64,000 nucleotides of DNA from Candidatus Woesearchaeota archaeon (GCA_964566405.1 CAZMIN010000001.1:1755-65754), one strand, 5' to 3'. Positions 49,404 through 59,721 are shown, counted from the first letter of the stretch. The notes: generated by a model from the letters alone, not told the origin. Program-made: numbers and translations.

Positions 49404-50240
49404 TCATCTCCTTTTTTTCTTTAGACCGGCCACGCTTGGACGGTTCTCTCTCCTTATTTTCTTTCTGAATATTTTTCTAATCTTCTTTTTTAACTTTATT
49501 TTTTTCTTTGATTTTTTCTTAACAGGCTTCTTCGATTTCTTTTTTATTTTTTTCTTTGATTTTTTCTTAACAGGCTTCTTCGATTTCTTTTTTATTTTTT
49601 TCTTAATAAGTTTCTTCTTTGGTATTAATTTCTTAGCTTTTTTCCTAGAGGCCCTCTTCTTTTTTGCAATTTTTTCTTCTTTCTTACGTTCCTTAGATTT
49701 CTTCTTCTCTATTTTTTCCTTCTCAATTTTTATTTCTATTTCCATCAATCCCAAATCTTTTTCTATTCTCTCCCGATGTTTCTTAAGATCCCTTATGAGC
49801 TTAGCATTATCTTTCATAGTGAAAACAGCCCCGCATTCATTACATGTAAAATTATAGAGAAGAGCATTTTCTTCATTAACTTCTATACTACATCTTTCAC
49901 ATATGTAAAATCTTTTAGTTTCCCTGCTCTTTATCTGATTCTGGAATTGCTCTTTTTTCTTAGTTAAATTCGCATTCAAAAATTCCAAAGATTTGAGAAC
50001 TTCTATCTTCCAAAAGTATGTATACCAGCCCTTTCTCTTATCTTTTTTTCTGATAGAAGATACTAAACCATGGTCGGATATTTTATAGAGTATGTTCCTT
50101 GTCTGATTTATTGTTATGTCTAATTTTTTTGCAAGAACAAATTCATTGATGTATTTTTTAGAGTCTAAAAGATCAACGATTTCCTCTGCATGTTTTCCAA
50201 CGACAATTGATATAACTTCCTTAAGAAATTTCTTTAGCAT
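49404..50240 (-). CDS. tfe: Transcription factor E alpha with Lys-rich C-terminal tail
   Basis: wHTH INQTRNILYK, GWYTYFW; zinc ribbon CERC...CNECG. Confidence 0.88.
   Translation of the reverse strand: MLKKFLKEVISIVVGKHAEEIVDLLDSKKYINEFVLAKKLDITINQTRNILYKISDHGLVSSIRKKDKRKGWYTYFWKIEVLKSLEFLNANLTKKKEQFQNQIKSRETKRFYICERCSIEVNEENALLYNFTCNECGAVFTMKDNAKLIRDLKKHRERIEKDLGLMEIEIKIEKEKIEKKKSKERKKEEKIAKKKRASRKKAKKLIPKKKLIKKKIKKKSKKPVKKKSKKKIKKKSKKPVKKKSKKKIKLKKKIRKIFRKKIRRENRPSVAGLKKKRR
49496..49604. repeat. 48-nt tandem duplication encoding KIKKKSKKPVKKKSKK
   Basis: AACAGGCTTCTTCGATTTC at 49521 and 49569. Confidence 0.85.
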
Positions 50241-50416
50241 TCTAAGAGTAAAAAAAGTTCAAATAAATACCTTTCGGTTTAACTTGTTAGAACGATATGG
50301 GAAATTTTCCTATTTCTGTTTTTTTATCTTATTTCTCTTAAAAAAATAAAAGTTTTTAAACCTGTATTATATTTTATATATATCACAAAATCTATATCAA
50401 ATTAGTTAATTAAAAA

Positions 50417-51004
50417 ATGGGGTTATTCAAAAGAAAAGAAAAGAAAGTTGGAAAAAAAGAGGTTCCATCATTACCAGAACTTCCGCGTCTTCCTGATTTT
50501 CCTAGGCTAGAAGACCAAGACCCCAACCTAAAAAACTCCTTCTCCCAATTACCTCGTTTCCCGTCTAATTCCTTAGGAAAGAAATTCTCTCAAGCAAGCA
50601 TAAAAGATGCCGTAACTGGGGGAAAAGAAGGTGATAGGGGCTCTGAAATAGATGAATTTGAGATGCTAGGAAGAATGAAGGAGCCCCTTAAAAGATCTGT
50701 TAGAGAGCTGCCTTATGAAGATACGGAAGAGTATGATGAAGATGAAGAGTCTATGGAAATGTCTGAAGCAAGGATGACGAGGGGTGAGGCAGAACCTGTA
50801 TTTATAAGAATAGATAAATTTGAAGAAGGTTTGCGTATTTTTGAAGAAATCAAAAGAAAGATTACAGAGATAGAAAAAATTCTGGGTGAGACCAAAAGAA
50901 TAAAAGAAAAAGAAGAGAGAGAATTACAAGATTGGGAGAACGAGCTTCGAACAATAAAAAACCAAATAGAAAAAATAGACAGAGATATTTTTTCTAAGAT
51001 ATAA
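50417..51004 (+). CDS. Hypothetical protein, Pro-rich N-terminus and C-terminal coiled coil
   Basis: MGLF..., LPELPRLPDFP, EPVFIRIDKF, heptads. Confidence 0.8.
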   Translation: MGLFKRKEKKVGKKEVPSLPELPRLPDFPRLEDQDPNLKNSFSQLPRFPSNSLGKKFSQASIKDAVTGGKEGDRGSEIDEFEMLGRMKEPLKRSVRELPYEDTEEYDEDEESMEMSEARMTRGEAEPVFIRIDKFEEGLRIFEEIKRKITEIEKILGETKRIKEKEERELQDWENELRTIKNQIEKIDRDIFSKI

Positions 51005-51006
51005 AG

Positions 51007-51387
51007 ATGACCAGTGAACAATTAATACATTTAAAATTAGAGCGTGGTGAGGCCCTTCGATTGAAGAAGGATTTGCTTTCTACCCAGATGGGTTTATTAA
51101 AAACAGCCAGGACGCTAAGAGGTTATGGTTATTTCAGATCAGAAGAATTAAAATTAAAGACCGCCCTCTACAAAGAAATAAAAGATGTAAAATTTAACAT
51201 AGGAAAATTACAAAAAATTCTTCCAAAATTAAAAGTTCCAGAAATATTAAAAAGAAGAGAGGGAATAGAGACTGTTAAAACCGCCCAACCTCGAGAAGAG
51301 AAAGAAACATACAGAGGGGATGATCTTGAGATCCAACTCCAGGAAATCCAGAACAGACTCAACAATCTCCAAAGAGAAGGCAGCTGA
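51007..51387 (+). CDS. Hypothetical coiled-coil protein
   Basis: 126-aa ORF coupled to the previous gene; LEIQLQEIQNRL C-terminus. Confidence 0.75.
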   Translation: MTSEQLIHLKLERGEALRLKKDLLSTQMGLLKTARTLRGYGYFRSEELKLKTALYKEIKDVKFNIGKLQKILPKLKVPEILKRREGIETVKTAQPREEKETYRGDDLEIQLQEIQNRLNNLQREGS

Positions 51388-51433
51388 TTCTATAAAGCAA
51401 ATAGTTTTTAAAATTCTATTTCCATTAAAGAGA

Positions 51434-53116
51434 ATGATAAACAGAAAAGAATTAATAAAAAAATATTTGGAGTTTTTCAAGGAAAAAAACCATAAAATAA
51501 TTCCTAATGTTTCGCTGATTCCCAAGAATGATCCCACAACATTATTTATCTCTGCAGGAATGCACCCGTTAGTACCATATCTACTAGGACAAAAACATCC
51601 TCTTGGAAAAAGACTCGCAAGCGTCCAGAAATGTATAAGAACAACAGATATCAACGAAGTCGGAGATACAACACATCATACTTTCTTTGAAATGCTTGGG
51701 AACTGGTCTCTAGGAGACTACTGGAAAAAAGAAGCAATAGAATATAGTCTAGAATTCTTAACAAAAACTTTAAAAATTCCAAAAGAAAAAATAGCTGTGA
51801 CCTGTTTTAAGGGAGATGTGAATGCTCCTAAAGATAATGAATCCGCGCAAATATGGAGATCTATAGGAGTAAATAAAATAAAATTCCTAGGGAAAGAAGA
51901 TAACTGGTGGGGGCCTGCAGGCAAGACAGGACCTTGCGGACCAGACACAGAAATTTTCATAAACAACATTGAAATTTGGAATAATGTCTTCATGCAGTAT
52001 AACAAAACAGAGAAGGGGGAATACGAACCATTGAAACAGAAAAATGTCGACACAGGGATGGGTGTTGAAAGAACAGTTGCAATTCTAAATGGTTTTCAGG
52101 ATAACTATTTAACAGAAATCTGGCAGCCAATGATAAAACAGATAGAAAAACTGTCTAAAAAGTCCTATAAAGGAAATGAAAAAGCAATGAGGGTAATCGC
52201 AGACCACATAAAAGCTTCTGTCTTTATAATTGCCGACGGTGTTGTTCCAAGTAATACACAGCAAGGATATGTTCTCCGAAGATTAATCCGAAGGGCTATT
52301 AAATATGGAAAAGATATCGGTATCACAAATATTTCAAAAATTGCAGAACCTGTCTTCAAAATCTATGATGACTATCTTGAATTAGGGAAGAGTAAGGGAA
52401 AAATCCTAGAAGAGCTTAAAAAAGAGGAAGAAAGATTTCGGACCACTATAGAAAAGGGTATGTCTAAACTTAATAAATTAATTTCAAGAAAGAAAAAATT
52501 ATCTGGAAAAGATGCTTTCCTGTTATATCAGAGTTATGGATTCCCCATAGAATTAACAGAAGAGATGGCTAAAGAAAAAAAGATAAAGATAGACAGAGAA
52601 AGTTTTGATAAAGAATCTGGAAAACACCAAAAACTTTCCAAAACCTCTGCGAAAGGAAAATTCTCTTCAGGACTCGCAGACAATTCAGAGCAGACTACAA
52701 AACTTCACACGGCAACCCATCTGTTGAATGAGGCTTTAAGAAAAATCCTCGACAAAAATATCAAACAAAAAGGTTCTAACATAACCCCTGAAAGACTAAG
52801 GTTTGATTTTAATTTTAATAGGAAACTCACAGATAAAGAGATAAAAAAAGTGGAGGATCTTGTTAACAAGAAAATTTCCGAAAAGATAAAAGTTACTTCC
52901 GAAGAAATGCCCCTAAAAAAAGCAATTAAAATAGCACAAGCAGAGTTCGGTGCAAGATATCCAGATACAGTCAGCGTCTATAGCATAGGAAATTTCTCAA
53001 AAGAAATTTGCACAGGACCTCACGTAAAAAACACCAGAGACATAGGAAAATTCAAAATAATCAAAGAAGAATCAAGCGCTGCAGGAGTCAGGAGAATCAA
53101 GGCTGTTGTAGAATAA
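51434..53116 (+). CDS. alaS: Alanyl-tRNA synthetase, short form without C-Ala domain
   Basis: LFISAGM, HHTFFEMLGNWS, GPCGP, DTGMG.ER, HTATH, C.GPH, GVRRI. Confidence 0.95.
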   Translation: MINRKELIKKYLEFFKEKNHKIIPNVSLIPKNDPTTLFISAGMHPLVPYLLGQKHPLGKRLASVQKCIRTTDINEVGDTTHHTFFEMLGNWSLGDYWKKEAIEYSLEFLTKTLKIPKEKIAVTCFKGDVNAPKDNESAQIWRSIGVNKIKFLGKEDNWWGPAGKTGPCGPDTEIFINNIEIWNNVFMQYNKTEKGEYEPLKQKNVDTGMGVERTVAILNGFQDNYLTEIWQPMIKQIEKLSKKSYKGNEKAMRVIADHIKASVFIIADGVVPSNTQQGYVLRRLIRRAIKYGKDIGITNISKIAEPVFKIYDDYLELGKSKGKILEELKKEEERFRTTIEKGMSKLNKLISRKKKLSGKDAFLLYQSYGFPIELTEEMAKEKKIKIDRESFDKESGKHQKLSKTSAKGKFSSGLADNSEQTTKLHTATHLLNEALRKILDKNIKQKGSNITPERLRFDFNFNRKLTDKEIKKVEDLVNKKISEKIKVTSEEMPLKKAIKIAQAEFGARYPDTVSVYSIGNFSKEICTGPHVKNTRDIGKFKIIKEESSAAGVRRIKAVVE

Positions 53117-53119
53117 AAT

Positions 53120-54196
53120 TTACGCAGAATGATATTCCTCAATCAAACCATATTTTTCTTTTAATCTATTTAACCTCAACTTCTTAAAGAGTAAAAAACC
53201 CCCCTTCCTGAGTTTTTTCATGGTTTTTGCATCACCATACTCATAAAGGTCTTTTCCAAGAGAAGCGCCTGTAGAAATTGGGATGACTTCCGGTTCAGAG
53301 TTAAGTTCAATCCCCCCCACATATTCTATGGAATCATCTGTAATTATAGCCGGGCCTGTTGTTTCGACAAAACAATAACCCGTCCCGCCAAGGCTCTGCT
53401 CTACAGGACATTCTATCCCTAGAGATTCATGATTTTCATCCGCATGGTAAAAAAAGGCAATACCATATCCCAAATCCCTCAACAAAAAAGCCAATAACTC
53501 AGATTTTTCTCCACAGATTCCTTTCACATCATAGAGAACCTCATAAGGGTATCTGGAATAATTCAGGGTTTTTCCACCACCTAGTTTAACCTCTTTTTCA
53601 GAAAAACCAAAAGGAATGTTCTGAACAAGACTTATGGCTATTCTTGCCTGGTCTTCTTCATCAGAAGTTAAATCCTGTATTTTTTTAACCAAAGGCAAAA
53701 GCAGTCCTCTCTGCTCTTCTTCGTCAATTTTTTTAAGTTTAAAATCAGCTCTAGAGGGAATTTCCCCGGTATCATGAAAGATAGATCTTGAAAGTCCGGA
53801 GAGATAATTAGCCATCCCCTCGTAAACAAGGAAATCAATCACCCCTTGCTCCCCATCCAAAATATAATTTAATTCAACAACCTTGGGGTCTGTCTGATAT
53901 TTGGAAACACAGTTTTCTCCTTGCTGAATCAAAACATCAGGACACCCACAAGAAGATGTTCTTAATTCAAGAACTCCCTCTAAACAAAAATAAGGTTTTG
54001 TTGAAGAACATGATCCATAAAGAGTTCCATCTCCACAAGAGGGCGTTTCCTCACCACCCTTAATCTTATTCAAAAATCCATTTCCAAAAATAAGAACTAA
54101 AATAAAGACAACGACAATTGTTAATATAACATACTTTATCTGAAAACCAGAACTGTCTCCAGACTTTAAAACCTCTTTTTTTTCTTCGACAGACAT
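53120..54196 (-). CDS. Membrane-anchored transglutaminase-like (Cys-His) protein
   Basis: N-terminal TM; Cys-rich stalk; SLVQNIP, YPYEVLY..GICGEKS, NH..LGI, FVETT. Confidence 0.7.
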   Translation of the reverse strand: MSVEEKKEVLKSGDSSGFQIKYVILTIVVVFILVLIFGNGFLNKIKGGEETPSCGDGTLYGSCSSTKPYFCLEGVLELRTSSCGCPDVLIQQGENCVSKYQTDPKVVELNYILDGEQGVIDFLVYEGMANYLSGLSRSIFHDTGEIPSRADFKLKKIDEEEQRGLLLPLVKKIQDLTSDEEDQARIAISLVQNIPFGFSEKEVKLGGGKTLNYSRYPYEVLYDVKGICGEKSELLAFLLRDLGYGIAFFYHADENHESLGIECPVEQSLGGTGYCFVETTGPAIITDDSIEYVGGIELNSEPEVIPISTGASLGKDLYEYGDAKTMKKLRKGGFLLFKKLRLNRLKEKYGLIEEYHSA

Positions 54197-54235
54197 TGAA
54201 GAAAAATAGAAAATAAATTATAAAAAACTATCTAC

Positions 54236-54733
54236 TTATGAGGCTTTTAATCTTTCGTCCATTCCCATATTATTTTCAAAATACATAAGCCATGCTTCAT
54301 CTGGTTCTATTCCCACCCTTCTGACTGCCAAATCAAGTCTTCCCTTAAGTATCAAGGTATAAGTTTCACTGTCTATTCTTCTTTCATTCATTGCTTCAAT
54401 CAATTCAGAAGCCACATCATGGGCCCCAAAAGGCCTATCAAGAGAATACCTTTCCTCGGCTTCCACTAATATTTTTGTTGCAGGATCGTCTCCATTAACA
54501 ATCCAAGCTCCTTCATTTTCTCCTTCCTCTACTTGGTAAGCGGCTTGTGGTAGATTTCCAACAGTAATCATACCATCGGAAGGTTCAGAAACATATTTTC
54601 TCATGCTCCTAAGATGATTAGCAAAAGAAATTTTATCTCTGAGATTTCCTTTTTGAGTTTTAGAAGTATCAACTAATCTGTTTAGTTCATTTTCCTTTCT
54701 GACTATATAATCTCCAATTTGTTCCATATTCAA
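54236..54733 (-). CDS. Hypothetical protein
   Basis: 165-aa ORF. Confidence 0.6.
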   Translation of the reverse strand: MNMEQIGDYIVRKENELNRLVDTSKTQKGNLRDKISFANHLRSMRKYVSEPSDGMITVGNLPQAAYQVEEGENEGAWIVNGDDPATKILVEAEERYSLDRPFGAHDVASELIEAMNERRIDSETYTLILKGRLDLAVRRVGIEPDEAWLMYFENNMGMDERLKAS

Positions 54734-54785
54734 CCTTTGAGATTAGGGTTTATAAAAGCTCTCTTCCAGAAGAATCACTACCTGA

Positions 54786-57257
54786 TTACTCTAAATAAAT
54801 CGCAGGCTTTCCTGGTTTTGCCTTTCTAGATTTATTATCAGGATCATAACTCTTCTTATCGTTCACAGCATATACCTCTATATCAAGACCTGTTCTTTTT
54901 TCTATCTCTCCTGTATGTTCCAGATAATTATCCTTCTCATTAGGTATAACATAAATCATGGCTTTCTTTGGCTTTGTCTTAACAATTCTAAGAATATTGT
55001 TTATATCTCCTATTAGTTTATCTATTTCCTCTTCTTGTTTTTCTAACTTCTCATCAATCTTGTTCTCATCAGCAATAGGCCAATTCTCTAAGCTAAGGAA
55101 TTTCTTGTTTCCAAGTTTTTCCCAAAGCTCTTCTGTAACAAAAGGGCAATAAATGTGCAAGATTTTCAAAAACGATTCGGCATCCTTCTTGGATATTTTT
55201 TCAGATGAGAAACTATTGAATAATTCCCTAATTTCAATCACAGCCATATTGTATTTGAAATCTTCAACATAAAATGTAACTTTTTTAATAGTAGAGTTTA
55301 TCTTGCTCTCTATTCTTGGATTTGTCTTTCCTTGTTTGAACTTAGCAAAATAATCATAAACTTTTTTCAAAAATCTTAAACTTCCTTCAATTCCTTTTTC
55401 ACTCCACGCGAAACTCTTCTCCGGAGAAGAGTTAGAAACAAGATAAAGCCTAAGAGAATCAGCACCATATTTTTTGATGGTATCTTGAGGTTCGACTACA
55501 TTTCCTTTTGACTTAGACATTTTTTCCCCGTCGCTGCCATGAACAATTCCTTGTGTAAAATATTTTAACGCAGGCTCATCAAATTTCAATAACCCTATAT
55601 CCCTCAGGAATTTTGCATAAAATCTTGCATAAAGAAGGTGACATGTTATATGTTCTGGCCCTCCGATATATTGATCAATCGGTGCCCAGTAGTTCGCCTT
55701 CTTAGGATCAAATATTTTTTTATTGTTTTTAGGATCTGTATATCTCAAATAATACCAAGAAGAATTTGCAAAAGTGTCCATAGTATCTGTCTCCCTCCTA
55801 GCATTTCCCTTACAGCTAGGACATTTAACTTCTAGGAATTTTTTATTTGTTGCCAAAGGATTTCCCTTTCCAAATTTGACATTTTGAGGCAATTTCACAG
55901 GAAGATCTTTTTCAGAAACAGGAACAATGCCGCATTTATCACAGTATACAACAGGAATAGGTGTGCCCCAATATCTCTGACGAGAAATTAACCAATCCCT
56001 TAGTTTAAACTGAACAGTTTTTCTTCCAGTTTTCTTGCTTTTAAGATACTTTGATATTTTCTCTATTGCTTTCTTGCTTTCCATACCATTAAACTCTTCG
56101 GAATTTACAACGGTTCCTTCCCCCTCATAAGCCCTCGGCAACTTTCCCCCACGAGAATAAATCAAATAATCTTTGGGTTCAACGACAACCCTCATAGGAA
56201 TGTTATACTTCGTTGCAAATTGAAAATCTCTCTGGTCGTGAGCAGGGACTGCCATCACCATGCCACTTCCATAATCAGCAACAACAAAGTTTCCAGCATA
56301 AACAGGGACTTTCTCTCCATTAATAGGATTTACTGCATAACTCCCTGTAAAAACTCCTTCTTTCTCAAGTTCTTCTAAATTCTTTCCACTAACTGATTTT
56401 ATTTTCTTAAGAAATTTTTCAGTTTCCTTTTTTTGTTCTTCAGTCACAATTTCCATAAGTCGGGGATGTTGTGCAGAAATCACCATAAAAGTAACACCAT
56501 AAATAGTATCGGGTCTCGTTGTAAAAATAGGCCATTTTTTTCCTTCAATTTCAAAATCAATTTCTGTTCCATAACTCTTTCCTATCCAGTTCTTCTGCAT
56601 TGTTTTAGCTCTCTGTGGCCAGTCCATCTTATTCAAATTTTCTAACAACTCATCAGCATATTTGGTAATCTTAAGAAACCATTGCTCTAGATGTTTAATT
56701 TCTACTTCTGTACTCTCGTGTCTCCAACAACAACCATTGACCACTTGCTCATTAGCCAACACTGTTTTACATTTAGAACACCAGTTTACCGGAGCTTTTT
56801 TTCTATAAGCAATTCCTTTTTCCAACATTTTTAAGAAAATCCATTGGTCCCATTTATAAAAACTGGGATCGCTAGATTTAATCATCCTAGACCAATCATA
56901 ACTCCACCCCATCGCTTTTTGTTGTTTCATAAAATTAGCTAGAGATTTCTTAGTATATTTTTCAGGATGAATCTTTGCTTGAATTGCCGCATTTTCAGCA
57001 GGCAAACCAAGACTGTCGTAGCCAACTGGATAAAGAACGTTAAATCCACCCAATCTTTTAAACCGAGCATATATGTCTCCTAAAGAAAAAACAAATGCAT
57101 GTCCTATGTGCAAACCTTCTCCTGAAGGATAAGGAAACATGTCCAAAACATAAAATTTCTTTTTCTTGCTCTCCTTAACATTAAAAATTTTAGCCTTTTC
57201 CCACTTTCTCTGCCATTTTTCCTCAATCTTCTTAAAATTATAAATAGTCTTTATCAT
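54786..57257 (-). CDS. leuS: Leucyl-tRNA synthetase, bacterial-type core
   Basis: MFPYPSG.GLHIGH, TVLANEQV, FTTRPDT, DWLISRQRYWGTPIP, RRETDTMDTF, KMSKS. Confidence 0.96.
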   Translation of the reverse strand: MIKTIYNFKKIEEKWQRKWEKAKIFNVKESKKKKFYVLDMFPYPSGEGLHIGHAFVFSLGDIYARFKRLGGFNVLYPVGYDSLGLPAENAAIQAKIHPEKYTKKSLANFMKQQKAMGWSYDWSRMIKSSDPSFYKWDQWIFLKMLEKGIAYRKKAPVNWCSKCKTVLANEQVVNGCCWRHESTEVEIKHLEQWFLKITKYADELLENLNKMDWPQRAKTMQKNWIGKSYGTEIDFEIEGKKWPIFTTRPDTIYGVTFMVISAQHPRLMEIVTEEQKKETEKFLKKIKSVSGKNLEELEKEGVFTGSYAVNPINGEKVPVYAGNFVVADYGSGMVMAVPAHDQRDFQFATKYNIPMRVVVEPKDYLIYSRGGKLPRAYEGEGTVVNSEEFNGMESKKAIEKISKYLKSKKTGRKTVQFKLRDWLISRQRYWGTPIPVVYCDKCGIVPVSEKDLPVKLPQNVKFGKGNPLATNKKFLEVKCPSCKGNARRETDTMDTFANSSWYYLRYTDPKNNKKIFDPKKANYWAPIDQYIGGPEHITCHLLYARFYAKFLRDIGLLKFDEPALKYFTQGIVHGSDGEKMSKSKGNVVEPQDTIKKYGADSLRLYLVSNSSPEKSFAWSEKGIEGSLRFLKKVYDYFAKFKQGKTNPRIESKINSTIKKVTFYVEDFKYNMAVIEIRELFNSFSSEKISKKDAESFLKILHIYCPFVTEELWEKLGNKKFLSLENWPIADENKIDEKLEKQEEEIDKLIGDINNILRIVKTKPKKAMIYVIPNEKDNYLEHTGEIEKRTGLDIEVYAVNDKKSYDPDNKSRKAKPGKPAIYLE

Positions 57258-57311
57258 AATAATACAGAACAGCTTAGCAACTTTTAAATATTATCATTAG
57301 TTCTAGAAGTT

Positions 57312-57830
57312 ATGGAAAAAATTAAGTCTTACCTTATCGGTGAAAATGTTTCGAGTAATTCTACCGAAGCGTTTTCTCTCTACAAAAAGAGTTCTTTCGG
57401 AGAACCAACAGGAGAAAAAATCCAGTATACACTTTCAGAAGCATTATTCTTAGTGGAAAAAGGAAAAATGGATATATTCTCGAGGGAGAAGAAGATACCT
57501 AAAAAAGATTTGATTGGAAAAATTCATAGGATAGATAAAAGAATTCAGATAAAATACTCTGTATTCAAAGATCTTAGAGAAAGAGGTTATATTGTAAAAA
57601 CCGCATTAAAATTCGGAGCAGATTTTAGAGTCTATGATAAAGGTATTAAACCCGGAAAAAAACACGCAAAATGGATAGTCTTCGCAGATCATGAATCCAA
57701 AAGATTAACATGGCATGAATTCTCTGCAAAGAACAGGGTTGCACACTCTACAAAGAAAAATCTTCTCCTAGCCATCGTCGATGGAGAAAACGACGTGACT
57801 TACTACGAGATAAGTTGGATTAGGCCTTAA
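57312..57830 (+). CDS. endA: tRNA-intron endonuclease, catalytic subunit
   Basis: KDLRERGYIVKTALKFGADFRVY, H, RVAHSTKK, VTYY. Confidence 0.93.
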   Translation: MEKIKSYLIGENVSSNSTEAFSLYKKSSFGEPTGEKIQYTLSEALFLVEKGKMDIFSREKKIPKKDLIGKIHRIDKRIQIKYSVFKDLRERGYIVKTALKFGADFRVYDKGIKPGKKHAKWIVFADHESKRLTWHEFSAKNRVAHSTKKNLLLAIVDGENDVTYYEISWIRP

Positions 57831-57870
57831 CCACAAGAAAATTTATAATCTATATCTTTCTCTATCATTC

Positions 57871-58701
57871 ATGGTTCAAGATACATCTATAATAAAGGGA
57901 AAAATAATAGATATTTTAAAAAGAAGAGGACCTAGTCTCCCTGTTCATATAGCGAAAGAAATTGAATCTAACACACTCTTTGCATCTGCCTTCTTATCAG
58001 AACTTATCTCTGAAAAAAGAGTCAAGCTAAGCAACATGAGGGTTGGGAGCTCCCCCATATATTACATTCTAGGACAAGAACCCTTGCTAGAAAGATTTTC
58101 TCAACACCTAAAAAGTAGAGAAAGAGATGCTTTTGCTCTACTAAAAGAGAAAAAATTCTTAAAAGATTCTAATCAGGAACCTGCAATCCGTATAGCGTTA
58201 AGAGAGATTAAAGATTTTGCAATTCCCTTTAGACAAGACGAAGAGATAATCTGGAGATATTTCACAACCCCTGAAACAGAATTTAAAATAAAAGAAAGAC
58301 CAAGAATAATTGAAAAAGAAAAAGTTCCTGAAGAAAAGCCCCTTGGTATTTTTGGAGAAAAAGAAAAGCCAAAAAGAATCAAAAAGAAAAAAATGCAGAG
58401 AGAAAATAAATTCTTCTCCAATGTAAAAGAATTTTTATCAGGAAGGTCCATAGAAACACTAGATATCTTAAACTTCAACAAAAACGAATTGATGTTAAAG
58501 ATAAGAGATAAGGGAAACGATAAAATCCTTATTTCTTACAATAAGAAAAGGGTGAGTGAATTAGATATAGTAAAAGCTGCAAAAAAAGCCTTAGAATATA
58601 ATCTGCCTTATATGATTCTCAGCCTCGGAGAACCCTTGAAAAAAACCAATGCTCTAATTGATGCATTAAAAAAACTAGATTCTATTGAAAAATTAAAATA
58701 A
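57871..58701 (+). CDS. Hypothetical protein, N-terminal winged helix
   Basis: GPSLPVHIAK...ASAFLSEL...VGSSPIYY. Confidence 0.75.
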   Translation: MVQDTSIIKGKIIDILKRRGPSLPVHIAKEIESNTLFASAFLSELISEKRVKLSNMRVGSSPIYYILGQEPLLERFSQHLKSRERDAFALLKEKKFLKDSNQEPAIRIALREIKDFAIPFRQDEEIIWRYFTTPETEFKIKERPRIIEKEKVPEEKPLGIFGEKEKPKRIKKKKMQRENKFFSNVKEFLSGRSIETLDILNFNKNELMLKIRDKGNDKILISYNKKRVSELDIVKAAKKALEYNLPYMILSLGEPLKKTNALIDALKKLDSIEKLK

Positions 58702-58702
58702 A

Positions 58703-59515
58703 ATGGATTCTAAAATAAAGGAAGAGGGGCTGAAGAACTTTGCTCTATCGGTCATGGAATACCTTGAATATAAGGAGGAGATAGAATATTTACTTTCAAA
58801 ACTTAATCTGACAAAAGAAGAAGTAATTCAGGCTTACATAAATTATGATATGGATGTTTTTGCCTATGAAAATGAGATTTATGAGTCATTAGCAATGAGA
58901 ATGGTTCTTCATTTACATTACTTATTAAAAGGAAGTTGGCATCAAGACAGACAGAAAGAAATCCTAAAAATTATTGTAAGAATAAATCCAGAATCTATAG
59001 TCGATATGGGTTTTGGCACACCAACAAGATACATAAGAGAATATGTTTTAAAAGAAAAAAAGAAACTTGTTCTTGTTGATTTATACGAATCTGCATTTAG
59101 ATTTAGTAAAGTCCTATTAGATTATCTAGCTTCTTCTTGGAAAGAGATAATTTCCTTTAAAAAAATAGATATGAATACCCATGAGTATCCAGGAGATTTT
59201 GATGCTTATCTTTTTCAGGATTCAATTGAACATGTTGAAAACTCCGGGGATTACTTATTAAAAATTGTTAAAAAATCTCCTTTAAACTCTCGATTTATTC
59301 TCTCTCTTCCCATAGGGCCCAAAGTACCTGCACACACAATTTCTTGGGACACTGATGAAGAAGCAATTAATTGGTTAAAAGAATGTGGGTTAAAAGTGAT
59401 TGATTCAAAGAGGGTTTTTATTAATCCAAATGTTGATTTATTTGCAGACCAGCTAGATGGAAAGCTCCATAATTTAGTTGTGGACTGCTCAAAACTTAAC
59501 AATAACAACTTTTAA
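58703..59515 (+). CDS. Putative SAM-dependent methyltransferase
   Basis: IVDMGFG, LVDL, DSIEHV motifs. Confidence 0.7.
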   Translation: MDSKIKEEGLKNFALSVMEYLEYKEEIEYLLSKLNLTKEEVIQAYINYDMDVFAYENEIYESLAMRMVLHLHYLLKGSWHQDRQKEILKIIVRINPESIVDMGFGTPTRYIREYVLKEKKKLVLVDLYESAFRFSKVLLDYLASSWKEIISFKKIDMNTHEYPGDFDAYLFQDSIEHVENSGDYLLKIVKKSPLNSRFILSLPIGPKVPAHTISWDTDEEAINWLKECGLKVIDSKRVFINPNVDLFADQLDGKLHNLVVDCSKLNNNNF

Positions 59516-59539
59516 AAACTCTCAAGGAAGAATTTTAAT

Positions 59540-59719
59540 ATGGGAAAGATAAAATCAAAGATGGTAAAGAGATCTACAGAAGAAATGATGAAAAAAGGTG
59601 TCAAATTCACAGGAAATTTCAAAGATGATAAGAAAATCCTCGGAAGAACCATGCCTAGCAAGAAAATAAGAAATCAAATTTCAGGATATCTTGCCAGAAT
59701 AAAAAAGAAAAAACAATAA
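59540..59719 (+). CDS. rps17e: 30S ribosomal protein S17e, 59 aa, not in ORF track
   Basis: MGKIKSKMVKR...FTGNF..DKK...SKKIRNQISGYL. Confidence 0.92.
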   Translation: MGKIKSKMVKRSTEEMMKKGVKFTGNFKDDKKILGRTMPSKKIRNQISGYLARIKKKKQ

Positions 59720-59721
59720 AT

